Shown piece after piece: positions 9,178 through 18,622 of a stretch of 64,000 bases of DNA (positions are counted from its first letter, which is position 1; every line of letters starts with the position of its first letter). The notes beneath the pieces were generated by a model. That model was not told the origin of the DNA. It did no database searches and saw only the letters and a list, made by a program, of their open reading frames with translations. The position numbers and the translations under genes were made by a program. The stretch is from an uncultured Bacteroidota bacterium (lineage in GTDB: Bacteria; Bacteroidota; Bacteroidia; B-17B0; Aurantibacillaceae), in NCBI GenBank assembly GCA_903928655.1, contig CAIYSA010000051.1, forward strand, positions 5,061 to 69,060, written 5' to 3'.

Positions 9178-12100
9178 TTAAGAATGGTGTTCTTCTTTGT
9201 GTCCTTCTGCTTTTTCTTCATGTTTAGTTGCAGCATGAGCAGCGTGAGTGTGCATTTCCTCTTCTTGATTTCTTACTTTTAACAAATAAGAAACCGTTGG
9301 TTTAATACCTACTTCTTCTAAAAGAACGTAGTTTTTATCATCACCTCTCCACTTTGTAATTTCTGCAGTTTCATCATTTGCATCACCAAACATAATGGCG
9401 TTTGTTGGACAAGCTTGTTGACATGCAGTTTTAATTGCTCCGTCTAAGATTGGCATTTTAGCTGTTTTTGCAACTAATTTACCTGCCTGTATACGTTGAA
9501 CACACATAGAACATTTTTCCATTACACCACGACTACGAACTACAACATCTGGATTTAATACCATACGTCCTAAATCTTGTTGCGCAGGATTAATGTCAGT
9601 AAACATATCGTTAGCGATATAATTAAACCAGTTAAAACGACGTACTTTAAATGGACAGTTGTTTGCGCAATAACGAGTACCTATACATCGGTTATAAGTC
9701 ATCATATTTAATCCTTCCGAACTATGACTAGTTGCTAAAACCGGACAAACTGTTTCGCAAGGAGCGTGATTACAATGTTGACACATCATTGGTTGGAAAG
9801 TAACCTTCGGATTATTTGAAGGATTTTCCATATCTAAATACATTTGTTTTCCGCCAACATTCTCTTCTTGAGCTCTGTCTTTAGTCATATCAGATGTATA
9901 ATAACGATCAATACGTAACCAGTGCATTTCACGAGTTTTACCAACTTCTTCTTTTCCTACAACGTGTACATTATTTTCAACAGTACAAGCTACAACACAA
10001 GCTGCGCATCCAATACAAGAAGTCATATCAATTGTTAAACCCCATTTGTGATTAATTCTTGGAAATTCATCCCATAAATCAACTGCTGCAATTGGTGTTT
10101 TTCCTCCACCATGTGCAGGTAATGCAGCAATTGGATTCCAAATTTCTTTCTCTTTGTTTTTATATTCTTTTAAAGAAACTTCACGTAATAAATATTCTTC
10201 ACGACCCATGATAGTGTGGTGAATTTGAGTTGCTGCAAATTTATGCTCTTCAGATGTTTTTTTAACAGAAACTGATAAATTAGAACTTGTTAATGTATCG
10301 TTTGCAACTGTTACAAAAGGATAAGCATTTTGCCCTACACCTAATGCAACTTTCATGTTTTTTCCTGTTCTACCATAGCCAACTGCTAAACCAATGGTTC
10401 CTTCCATTTGACCAGGTTGAGGATAAACAGGAATTTTTATAGTAACACCATTTACTGTTAATTCTGCAATAGAACCAATAATATCTTGACGTTTCATTTC
10501 ATTTAAACCCATTTTAGCTACATCAGCAGGGCTCATTGTAATGTAATTATCCCAAGTTACTTTAGATATAGGATCTGGTAATTCCATTAACCATGGATTA
10601 TTACTTTGATTTCCATTTCCCAAACCTACTTTTTCGTAAACTACTAACTCAAACTCACCACCTTTAGAAGAAGTAGCAAGTGTTGCTGCTTTACTATAAT
10701 CTGCAGTTGGATAAGTTGTTTCAACAGCTGGAATTAATTCCACATGTTTTATTTGACTAAGGACAGTTTGTGGAGCAACAGTATCAACTAAATCAGCAAC
10801 AATTGCAGCTACGCCTGTAGCTTCAATTTTACCAGTTGAATCTATTTTTACTGGAGCAAAAGGAATATCCTTAACCACAGTAACTTTTAAAACACCATCG
10901 TGTAAAGTATGAGCCCAAAAAGAAGCAAAATCTAAATATTTACCTTGTTGAGGAAATACATGATTATGCCAATATCCTTGCAAATATGCTAAATAATCAG
11001 TTTTAACACCCGACCATTTCAATAATGTATCTTGTACTTGACGAGTTCCTTCGTAACTAGGAGCTCTAAATATTTGGTTAATTGTAGGTTGTTGTAATGA
11101 ATAGTGACCACGTTTTGGATTTGCATCACCCCAAGATTCTAAATAATTATTATCTGGACAAACATAATCAGCAAGCATTGAAGTTTCATCTAAATATTGA
11201 GAAAAGGAAACTTTTGTTGCAATTTTTTTATATGCTGCTTCGAATTTCATTGATGCAGGTGCAGTATAAATTGGATTACAGTGATAAGTCATTAAAGTAC
11301 CAACCTTACCAGCATTCATATCAGCAACTAGGTCAATAAATTCTTTATCGTTGCCTTGTTTTAAATTAAAATGTAATTCAACATCAACTGTTTTGCCATA
11401 GTTATTAAGCATTTTATTAATGCCATTAACTAAAGTTTGACAAGCCTCGTCGTTATAACCACAAACAACAATTGAATTTCCTTTGTTTTCAACTAATTCT
11501 TTTGCTGCTTTAGCAATTGCTTTAGACGCCTCAGCATTTCCAATTTTCCCTTCAGATACTTTTGCATTTCCTGTAGCACTTGCAACTTGATTATATAATG
11601 CCGCTATAACTTTTCCAAACTCAGATGGTTTAACCGTGTAACGCTCATCGGCATTAGCACCAGTTAAAGATAATGTAGCTTCGAAATGGTAATGTTTACT
11701 CATTTCTAAATTTTCACGATTTACCTTACGAGTTTTGCTATATTGATTTGCAAATTCGATTGGGTTTAACCAAGTTCCTAAAAAATCACAAGCAATACCA
11801 ACTATAGTTTTTGCTTTTGAAAAATCATAAGAAGAAACAACTGATTTTCCGAATACATTTTTATTTGCATTAATTAATGCTGAATAAGAAATTGCATCGT
11901 ATGTTACATGCTTAGCATTTGGATATTTTGAAATAAATTCAGCAATAACAGCTTTTGTAGAAGGGCTGATAATTGTAGAACTTAATAATACAGCTTGACC
12001 AACAGATAAAGAATTTGAAACAGCATCATCAACATTTTTCCAAGTAGTAGGATTTCCTTTTGCTAATGGACCGTTTAAACGAGCGCCATCGTACAAACTC

Positions 12101-12522
12101 AATACAGAAGATTGAACACGAGCACTTGTTGCACCATTACTTACTTTAGACAACTCATTTCCTTCGATCTTAATGGGACGGCCTTCGCGCGTCTTAACTA
12201 AAATTGATGCGTAATCATGTCCATCATAAAAAGTGGAAGCATAAAAATTTGCTACACCAGGTGTAACTTCTTCTGGCTTAACAACGTAAGGAATTGCTTT
12301 ATTAACAGGCGTTTCGCAAGCAGCTAATGCAACAGCAGCAGTACTAAAACCCATTACTTTTAAGAAATCTCTACGGCTAGTGCCATTTGTTTTTGCATCA
12401 TCACCAGTAAGAAAATCTTCCATTGGTAAAGTTTCTGCAAACTCATTGTTTTTGCTTTGTACAAAGTCTTCGCTGTTGTTTAGTTCAGGTAAGCCTTTCC
12501 AGTATTTTTTTGACATTGACAT
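9178..12522 (-). CDS. actB: Alternative Complex III subunit ActB (fused molybdopterin-oxidoreductase-like and 4Fe-4S ferredoxin-like domains)
   Basis: 1114 aa with a twin-arginine signal (SRRDFLKVMGF). Cys clusters present: CIGCAACVVAC, CQHCNHAPCETVCP, CIGTRYCANNCP and CQQACP. Confidence 0.9.
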   Translation of the reverse strand: MSMSKKYWKGLPELNNSEDFVQSKNNEFAETLPMEDFLTGDDAKTNGTSRRDFLKVMGFSTAAVALAACETPVNKAIPYVVKPEEVTPGVANFYASTFYDGHDYASILVKTREGRPIKIEGNELSKVSNGATSARVQSSVLSLYDGARLNGPLAKGNPTTWKNVDDAVSNSLSVGQAVLLSSTIISPSTKAVIAEFISKYPNAKHVTYDAISYSALINANKNVFGKSVVSSYDFSKAKTIVGIACDFLGTWLNPIEFANQYSKTRKVNRENLEMSKHYHFEATLSLTGANADERYTVKPSEFGKVIAALYNQVASATGNAKVSEGKIGNAEASKAIAKAAKELVENKGNSIVVCGYNDEACQTLVNGINKMLNNYGKTVDVELHFNLKQGNDKEFIDLVADMNAGKVGTLMTYHCNPIYTAPASMKFEAAYKKIATKVSFSQYLDETSMLADYVCPDNNYLESWGDANPKRGHYSLQQPTINQIFRAPSYEGTRQVQDTLLKWSGVKTDYLAYLQGYWHNHVFPQQGKYLDFASFWAHTLHDGVLKVTVVKDIPFAPVKIDSTGKIEATGVAAIVADLVDTVAPQTVLSQIKHVELIPAVETTYPTADYSKAATLATSSKGGEFELVVYEKVGLGNGNQSNNPWLMELPDPISKVTWDNYITMSPADVAKMGLNEMKRQDIIGSIAELTVNGVTIKIPVYPQPGQMEGTIGLAVGYGRTGKNMKVALGVGQNAYPFVTVANDTLTSSNLSVSVKKTSEEHKFAATQIHHTIMGREEYLLREVSLKEYKNKEKEIWNPIAALPAHGGGKTPIAAVDLWDEFPRINHKWGLTIDMTSCIGCAACVVACTVENNVHVVGKEEVGKTREMHWLRIDRYYTSDMTKDRAQEENVGGKQMYLDMENPSNNPKVTFQPMMCQHCNHAPCETVCPVLATSHSSEGLNMMTYNRCIGTRYCANNCPFKVRRFNWFNYIANDMFTDINPAQQDLGRMVLNPDVVVRSRGVMEKCSMCVQRIQAGKLVAKTAKMPILDGAIKTACQQACPTNAIMFGDANDETAEITKWRGDDKNYVLLEEVGIKPTVSYLLKVRNQEEEMHTHAAHAATKHEEKAEGHKEEHHS

Positions 12523-12557
12523 GTTTTATATTTCTTGTAATTACCGGTTTTTAACAA

Positions 12558-13844
12558 TTAATAGTGACATTTAGCACATTCAAGTCCTCCGATTGATTCA
12601 ACCGTAAACTTAACACCAAATTGCCCTTTGTATTTCTCTTTTAATGCTTTATGAATTTTGTCGTAGTAGGCGTTACCTTCCATTGAAACTTCTGTTTTTC
12701 TGTGACACTCAATACACCATTTCATTGTTAATGGAGTTTTTTGCTCAGCAACTGTCATTTTCTTTAAATCTCCGTGGCAAGTAGCACATTCTTGTTTACC
12801 TACAACAACGTGTTGTGAGTGATTAAAATAAACATGATCAGGCAATGTGTGAACTTTAATCCATTTTAAAGGATTTTCAGGTTTATCATAAGTTCCTGTT
12901 TTTGGATTAAATCCAGAAGCATCATAAATTTTTTGAATTTCTGTTTCGCCATATTGAGGTCCTTTTTGAATTCCTTTATGGCAATTCATACAAACGTTAA
13001 CAGAAGGAATACCTGCGTGACGAGATTTTTCAACTGTGTTATGGCAATATTGACAAGCTATTTCATTATCACCAGCGTGAATCTTATGTGAAAATTTAAT
13101 TGGTTGTTCAGGCTTGTAACCTTTTTGAGTTGTATAATCATAATACACACCTAAATTGTAACAAGCGTTCCAACAAGATTTCATTCCAACAAATAAAATA
13201 ATGATTCCGAAAACACCAACTAAACGACGGTGACCGCTCATCCAATGTTTTATTTCTTGACCGAAAGTCATTTCAGGAACTTCTGGTTTTCCTTCTGTTT
13301 TATTAAATGAATTTGCTAATGAATGACGAACACTTCTTAAAGCGCCAACTATAATTGCTAATAAAACAATAGATCCTAATAATAAATATAATGGGTCAAT
13401 TGCACCTTTTGCTTCTTCAACTACTTCGCCAGCATTTCCAACGGTAGTTGTAGTTAAAGGGGTAACATCAACAGGAGGAGCAATTACATAAGCAACTAAA
13501 GCTTTTAATTCATCGTCAGTTAAAAATTCAAATTCACTCATGGCATCCGTACCACCGTTGTTTGCAACTAATGTTTTTGCATAAGCATCTCCAGAAGCAA
13601 TAACCTTATTATTGTTTTTAATCCATTTTGTTAACCATTCTGCCTCAGGCTTTGGAACGCGGCCCGCAACACCTAACAAACCAGGGCCTGTTAATTTTTG
13701 ATCGGTAAGCGCATGGCAAACAGCACAATTTTGTTTGAAAATTTTAGCGCCATCTTGTGCTTTAACATTAAAAGAAAAAGCAAATAACAGAAAAACCGCA
13801 GAAATAAAGGGTTTTAGAGAGAAATGAGACAAATTGTTATGCAT
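12558..13844 (-). CDS. actA: Alternative Complex III subunit ActA, multiheme cytochrome c (six CxxCH motifs)
   Basis: Heme motifs are CAVCH, CQYCH, CMNCH, CATCH, CIECH and CAKCH. I moved the start to ATG 13842-13844 (MHNNLSHFSLKPFISAVFLLFAFSFNVKAQ, a good signal peptide). The 43-codon upstream extension in the ORF track has no signal-peptide character. Confidence 0.85.
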   Translation of the reverse strand: MHNNLSHFSLKPFISAVFLLFAFSFNVKAQDGAKIFKQNCAVCHALTDQKLTGPGLLGVAGRVPKPEAEWLTKWIKNNNKVIASGDAYAKTLVANNGGTDAMSEFEFLTDDELKALVAYVIAPPVDVTPLTTTTVGNAGEVVEEAKGAIDPLYLLLGSIVLLAIIVGALRSVRHSLANSFNKTEGKPEVPEMTFGQEIKHWMSGHRRLVGVFGIIILFVGMKSCWNACYNLGVYYDYTTQKGYKPEQPIKFSHKIHAGDNEIACQYCHNTVEKSRHAGIPSVNVCMNCHKGIQKGPQYGETEIQKIYDASGFNPKTGTYDKPENPLKWIKVHTLPDHVYFNHSQHVVVGKQECATCHGDLKKMTVAEQKTPLTMKWCIECHRKTEVSMEGNAYYDKIHKALKEKYKGQFGVKFTVESIGGLECAKCHY

Positions 13845-14127
13845 AGAATTATATCTAATTTTGTATGTGTTTAAGCAACTTAATGACATTATTATGACAA
13901 AAATGTCCGTGCAAAAATAACAGAATGTTATATAACTAAATAGGAATTTTTGTATTTTATTAACAATTTTCATAATTTATATTAATTCTAAATAAGGTTT
14001 GCGTTTTTAAAAAAACTTCGATTCATAGATTCTAAAAAAATTTAGACTAAGTTTATTGAATTATTTAGTCATAACGAATTGTTTAAACATAAAACTAGCT
14101 TAGTTGTTTATATTTACAAAAATTAAA

Positions 14128-15048
14128 ATGGAGACGCAATACGCTATAAAAGATTTAGAAAGGCTTTCGGGAGTAAAAGCTCATACTTTAAGAGTTTGGG
14201 AGCAACGCTATGGCATTCTTAAACCGAAACGTTCTGATACTAATATTAGATATTATTCTTCAGAAGACTTAAAAAGAATTTTAAACATTTCATTATTAAA
14301 CAGTAACGGCTTTAAAATTTCTAAAATAGCAACTTTGCCAGACGACGAAATCTTAAATCAAGCTCAAATAATACTTAACAACTACAGTAGTGAACGTGAC
14401 CAAATAGATAATTTGGTTTTTAGTATGATGGAGATGGATGAGTTGAAATTTGAAAAAATTATTTCGAATTGTGTTATTCATTTTGGTTTTGAAAACACTA
14501 TAGAAAAAGTAGTGTTTCCGTTTTTAAAACAAGTAGGTAATATGTGGCAAATGGGCCTAATAAATACTGTACAAGAACATTTTATTTCTCATTTAATTCG
14601 GCAAAAATTAATTGTTGGAATTGATGGATTATTTGAAGAAAAATTAGTAAAACCAAAAACATTTTTGCTTTATTTACCTAATAAAGAACTACATGAATTA
14701 GGTCTTTTATACAGTTATTTTTTAATAAAATCTAAAGGGCATAAATGTTTTTATATTGGTCAATCGGTACCTCATGAAGATTTAATAAAAGTAAACGAAC
14801 TTGTTTCTCCAGATGTAATTTTAACCTCGTTTACAAATCCAATTGAGGAAAAAGTAATACAAGACTATTTAAACACGATCTCAATAACGTTTAAAAATAA
14901 ATTGATACTAGTGTCGGGAAGGTTAATTCAGCATAGCAATCAAGTAATTAACTTTCCAAACAACGTTTGTTTATTAAATTCTTTTGAAGAATTAAAAAAC
15001 ATGCTTTCAAGTGCTAATTTTACTATTAATGAAATCAAGCGTATTTAA
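14128..15048 (+). CDS. MerR-family transcription regulator with C-terminal cobalamin-binding domain (CarH/LitR-like)
   Basis: The N-terminal MerR HTH reads YAIKDLERLSGVKAHTLRVWEQRYGIL. A B12-binding_2-like helix bundle motif W-x10-EH is present (VGNMWQMGLINTVQEHFISHLIRQ). A Rossmann-like B12 motif follows (LPNKELHELGLLYSYFLIKSKGHKCFYIGQSVPHEDL = (D/E)xHxxG). Start chosen at ATG 14128 (METQ...). Confidence 0.8.
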   Translation: METQYAIKDLERLSGVKAHTLRVWEQRYGILKPKRSDTNIRYYSSEDLKRILNISLLNSNGFKISKIATLPDDEILNQAQIILNNYSSERDQIDNLVFSMMEMDELKFEKIISNCVIHFGFENTIEKVVFPFLKQVGNMWQMGLINTVQEHFISHLIRQKLIVGIDGLFEEKLVKPKTFLLYLPNKELHELGLLYSYFLIKSKGHKCFYIGQSVPHEDLIKVNELVSPDVILTSFTNPIEEKVIQDYLNTISITFKNKLILVSGRLIQHSNQVINFPNNVCLLNSFEELKNMLSSANFTINEIKRI

Positions 15049-15382
15049 ATATTTTACTATTACCTCAATTGTTTTAATTTCTTGTTCGGTAAAGAATGAT
15101 GAGGTATTAATTCCTAAAAATATTTTATCAAAAGAAGAAACAATAAAAATAATTACCGACTGCTATTTAGCGGAAGGAGCATCTGGAATTAACGTAAAAA
15201 CAGTAAATGGACAAAACATCGATTCTGTTTATTTATTCAATCCGCTGAAAGATAATAATTGTCAAAAAGCAAAATTTGATTCCTCAATTTTATTTTACTC
15301 TAAACACCCTCTAATACTAAAACAAATATACAACGACGTATTAGAACAACTCAATAAAACAGGTGCAAAAGGGAAATTATGA
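15029..15382 (+). CDS. Small lipoprotein, DUF4296-like
   Basis: MKSSVFKYFTITSIVLISCS lipobox, then ...IITDCYLAEGA, which resembles DUF4296. It overlaps the regulator stop by 20 nt and the next gene by 4 nt (ATGA), so translational coupling is likely. Confidence 0.6.
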   Translation: MKSSVFKYFTITSIVLISCSVKNDEVLIPKNILSKEETIKIITDCYLAEGASGINVKTVNGQNIDSVYLFNPLKDNNCQKAKFDSSILFYSKHPLILKQIYNDVLEQLNKTGAKGKL

Positions 15383-16596
15383 TACATGAAATTTCAGAAA
15401 TAAAATTATTATCAAAAGAAATTTTTAACGAAATAATTTCTGTTAGACGACACATTCATAAGCATCCTGAGTTATCTTTTAAAGAATATAAAACATCTGA
15501 ATTTATTTGTTCCATTTTAGATAAACATAAAATAACATACACTAAAAACATTGTTGAAACAGGTATTATCGCAATTATTGAAGGAAATAATCCTACAACA
15601 AAAACGATTTTATTGCGAGCCGATTTAGATGCACTTCCTATTGAAGAAGAAAACAATGTAAACTATAAATCAATAAATGCAGGCATTATGCATGCGTGTG
15701 GACACGATGTGCATTCGGCATCAATAATAGGAACGGCAATTATTTTAAACAAATTAAAACACACATTTAACGGAACAATAAAAATAATGTTTCAACCAGG
15801 TGAAGAGGTTTTGCCTGGCGGAGCATCGTTAATGATTGAAGCTGGTGTATTGCAAAACCCAAGAGTTGATTTAGCAATTGCTCAACATGTTTTTCCAAGT
15901 ATGGAAGTAGGCAAAGTTGGTTTTAGAAGTGGCATGTATATGGCCAGTACTGACGAGCTACACATAACAATTAATGGCAAAGGTGGTCATGCGGCAATGC
16001 CAGCAGAATATATCAATCCTTTAAATGCGGCATCTGCAATAATTCAAGAAATTGAAAAAGAATTTCCTTTTTATTTTGATGAAGATGGTGTTTCAAAAAA
16101 TAGTCATAACCATATTCCAACAGTTGTTGCATTCGGAAAAATTGAAGGGAAAGGAGCGACAAACATAATCCCTGCAAGTGTATATCTGGCTGGCACTTTT
16201 AGAACGATGGATGAAACCTGGCGCGCTGAAGTAAAAGAAAAAATAAAATCGATTATACTATCTGTTTGTGAAAAATACAAAGCAACAGCCGATATTAATA
16301 TTGAAAATGGTTATCCTTTTTTGGTAAATGATATCGAGTTAACAGCACGTTGCAAGGCTTTAGCAATTGATTATTTAGGTAAAGAAAATGTAGAAGATTT
16401 ACCGCTTCGCATGACCGCTGAAGACTTTTCATATATCACACAAAAAGTACCTAGTTGTTTTTATAGGTTAGGAACAGGTAATAAGCAAAAAGGAATTACT
16501 AACGGTGTGCACACTTCTACATTTGATATTGATGAAAAAGCTTTAGAGATTTCGACAGGTTTAATGGCTTGGATGACAATAAATGAAATGCAATAA
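15379..16596 (+). CDS. M20 family amidohydrolase (N-acyl-L-amino acid amidohydrolase / hippurate hydrolase type)
   Basis: 405 aa. Metal-binding blocks MHACGHDVH and FQPGEEVLPGGA are typical of the M20D family. Confidence 0.85.
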   Translation: MIHEISEIKLLSKEIFNEIISVRRHIHKHPELSFKEYKTSEFICSILDKHKITYTKNIVETGIIAIIEGNNPTTKTILLRADLDALPIEEENNVNYKSINAGIMHACGHDVHSASIIGTAIILNKLKHTFNGTIKIMFQPGEEVLPGGASLMIEAGVLQNPRVDLAIAQHVFPSMEVGKVGFRSGMYMASTDELHITINGKGGHAAMPAEYINPLNAASAIIQEIEKEFPFYFDEDGVSKNSHNHIPTVVAFGKIEGKGATNIIPASVYLAGTFRTMDETWRAEVKEKIKSIILSVCEKYKATADINIENGYPFLVNDIELTARCKALAIDYLGKENVEDLPLRMTAEDFSYITQKVPSCFYRLGTGNKQKGITNGVHTSTFDIDEKALEISTGLMAWMTINEMQ

Positions 16597-16597
16597 A

Positions 16598-17872
16598 TTA
16601 CCTCATCCTTACATACTTCTGATATAAAAAAGAAGTGCTTAATGTTGCTAAAAAGAAAAGCCATAAGCGAATTAATTCTGGATAAATTTCTTTCAATCCA
16701 AAATTCCTAAGGAAAATTCCATAAAATGCTTCCAATCCCCAATTAAGTGGAGAAATAACACTTATCTGTTTCATTATTTCTGGCATAACAAACGTTGGGA
16801 CCCAAATACCACCAATGGCAGCTAAAATAATAACAAACACTGCTCCAAACAAAGAAGCCTGATCGTGAGAATTTGAAATAGTTCCTACTAATAATCCAAA
16901 TCCAGTAGCTGCTAAACCAGCTGAAAAAGCGACTAAAAATAACAGCAACACATTATCACCAACGTTTAGTTGTGGTAAACCCATTAGTGGCAAAATATAT
17001 AAACCAACACATAACATTAATCCAAACTGAATTAAACTAACAGAAATATAGGTTAACATTTTTCCTAAAATAACAATCATATAAGAGCCTGGCATCGTTA
17101 ATAAACGAAATGCACTCCCGTCTTCCCTTTCTTTAATAATGTTTCCCGCCAATGGAATACATATAAAAAACATGGCAAAGAGTGTCCATGCTGGCACGTT
17201 ATGTTGCACAGAGTTTGGGATGATGGTTGAATTATTATACGAAGCATATTCTTCAGTTGTTGTAACTAAAGGAGCAGTTTCTACTTTTTGAGGCGAAGCG
17301 TATGGGAAATTTTCTTGCATTTTTTGGTTAAGCGAAGTTGCCATACTTTGCATTTCTATTTGCGAAATAATACTTGAAATGGAATTACTAATGGTTGTTT
17401 TAAAAGACAATTTCGTAATTGGATCAAAAAATAATTGGAGCTGTAAACGATTGGTATCAATGCGCTCATCCTTAGTAATAGTATCCCCTGTAAAGCTATT
17501 TAATAATTTAGAGATACGTTGGGTTGACTTTTTTCTTAAATTTTTACTTGTGTTTTCTGGTATAACAATTCCTATTAAATAACTACCATGAGCAACTTCA
17601 TTTTTTGCTTGCTCATTAGTTATATTTTTTTTTGTGATTACAAAAAACTTTGAACCAGCTAATGATTTTTCTAAGGAAGATGCCAGTGAATCATTGTCTC
17701 TATCTACAATTAATAAAGGAACAGAAGCCTCGCTTACCGAACGAAATGTGGTATCTTGAATAAGTGTGATGATTAAAATTAAAACAGTAGGCATTATAAA
17801 AGTAATCGCTAACCCTGCTCTATCCCGCGTTAAAACTTTATATTCTTTATATATGCTGTATAATAATTTCAT
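16598..17872 (-). CDS. ABC-2 type exporter permease
   Basis: 424 aa: an N-terminal TM, a large extracytoplasmic loop, then a C-terminal bundle of about 5 TM. The start is directly abutted to the stop of the ATPase gene. Confidence 0.8.
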   Translation of the reverse strand: MKLLYSIYKEYKVLTRDRAGLAITFIMPTVLILIITLIQDTTFRSVSEASVPLLIVDRDNDSLASSLEKSLAGSKFFVITKKNITNEQAKNEVAHGSYLIGIVIPENTSKNLRKKSTQRISKLLNSFTGDTITKDERIDTNRLQLQLFFDPITKLSFKTTISNSISSIISQIEMQSMATSLNQKMQENFPYASPQKVETAPLVTTTEEYASYNNSTIIPNSVQHNVPAWTLFAMFFICIPLAGNIIKEREDGSAFRLLTMPGSYMIVILGKMLTYISVSLIQFGLMLCVGLYILPLMGLPQLNVGDNVLLLFLVAFSAGLAATGFGLLVGTISNSHDQASLFGAVFVIILAAIGGIWVPTFVMPEIMKQISVISPLNWGLEAFYGIFLRNFGLKEIYPELIRLWLFFLATLSTSFLYQKYVRMR

Positions 17873-18622
17873 TTACTTATCTCTAAACTTACTTCCTGTT
17901 ATTTTTAAATAAACCTCTTCAATACTTTTACAATCATTCTCACTTATAAGCTGTTTGGTTTTTCCTTGGGTAATTAATTTTCCGTCATCAATAATTGCAA
18001 TGTGACTACAAAAATCTTCAGCTTCTTCTAAATGATGTGAGGTGTATAAAATTGTCATTCCTAATTCTGTATTTAAATTTTTTAAATACTCGATGATTGC
18101 TTGCTTTGACTGAACATCAACGCCAACAGTTGGTTCATCTAAAATAAGAAGTTGTGGATTATGCAGAAGACCGGCTATTAAATTTACTCGCCTTTTCATC
18201 CCACCAGAGTACGTAATAATTTTTTGATGCGTATTTTCATGTAAACCTAGAATAGATAAGTTTTTAGTAACTCTTTCTTTCAGTTCTGAAGTTTTTATGC
18301 CATACATATGTCCAAGAAACATTAGGTTTTCCCAAGCTGTAAGTTTTGGATACAAAGCAATTTCTTGAGGAACAACGCCAATCATTTGCTTACACTCTTT
18401 ACTGTTTGATTGATGCGTTTTTCCGTTTATTGAAATCGTTCCTTCATTTTGAGAAAATAATCCACACAGCATCGAAATTAATGTAGTTTTTCCAGCTCCA
18501 TTAGGGCCCAATAAACCAAACACAGATCCTTTTTCAATAATAAATGAAATATCATTTACTGCAGGGCGAGGAGCATCTTTATACTTTTTGCTTAAATTTT
18601 TTATATCAACCAAAATTTCCAT
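17873..18622 (-). CDS. ABC transporter ATP-binding protein
   Basis: Walker [10 protein letters not shown], signature YSGGMKRRV, Walker B LLILDEPT, H-loop TSHH. Confidence 0.92.
   Translation of the reverse strand: MEILVDIKNLSKKYKDAPRPAVNDISFIIEKGSVFGLLGPNGAGKTTLISMLCGLFSQNEGTISINGKTHQSNSKECKQMIGVVPQEIALYPKLTAWENLMFLGHMYGIKTSELKERVTKNLSILGLHENTHQKIITYSGGMKRRVNLIAGLLHNPQLLILDEPTVGVDVQSKQAIIEYLKNLNTELGMTILYTSHHLEEAEDFCSHIAIIDDGKLITQGKTKQLISENDCKSIEEVYLKITGSKFRDK

Noticed and set aside
13845-13973. The 43-codon N-terminal extension of ActA in the ORF track (MKIVNKIQKFLF...).
   Set aside because: The extension has no signal-peptide logic and is Cys/Phe-rich. The internal Met at 13844 is followed by a canonical signal peptide. 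The extension more likely covers the promoter/5' UTR.
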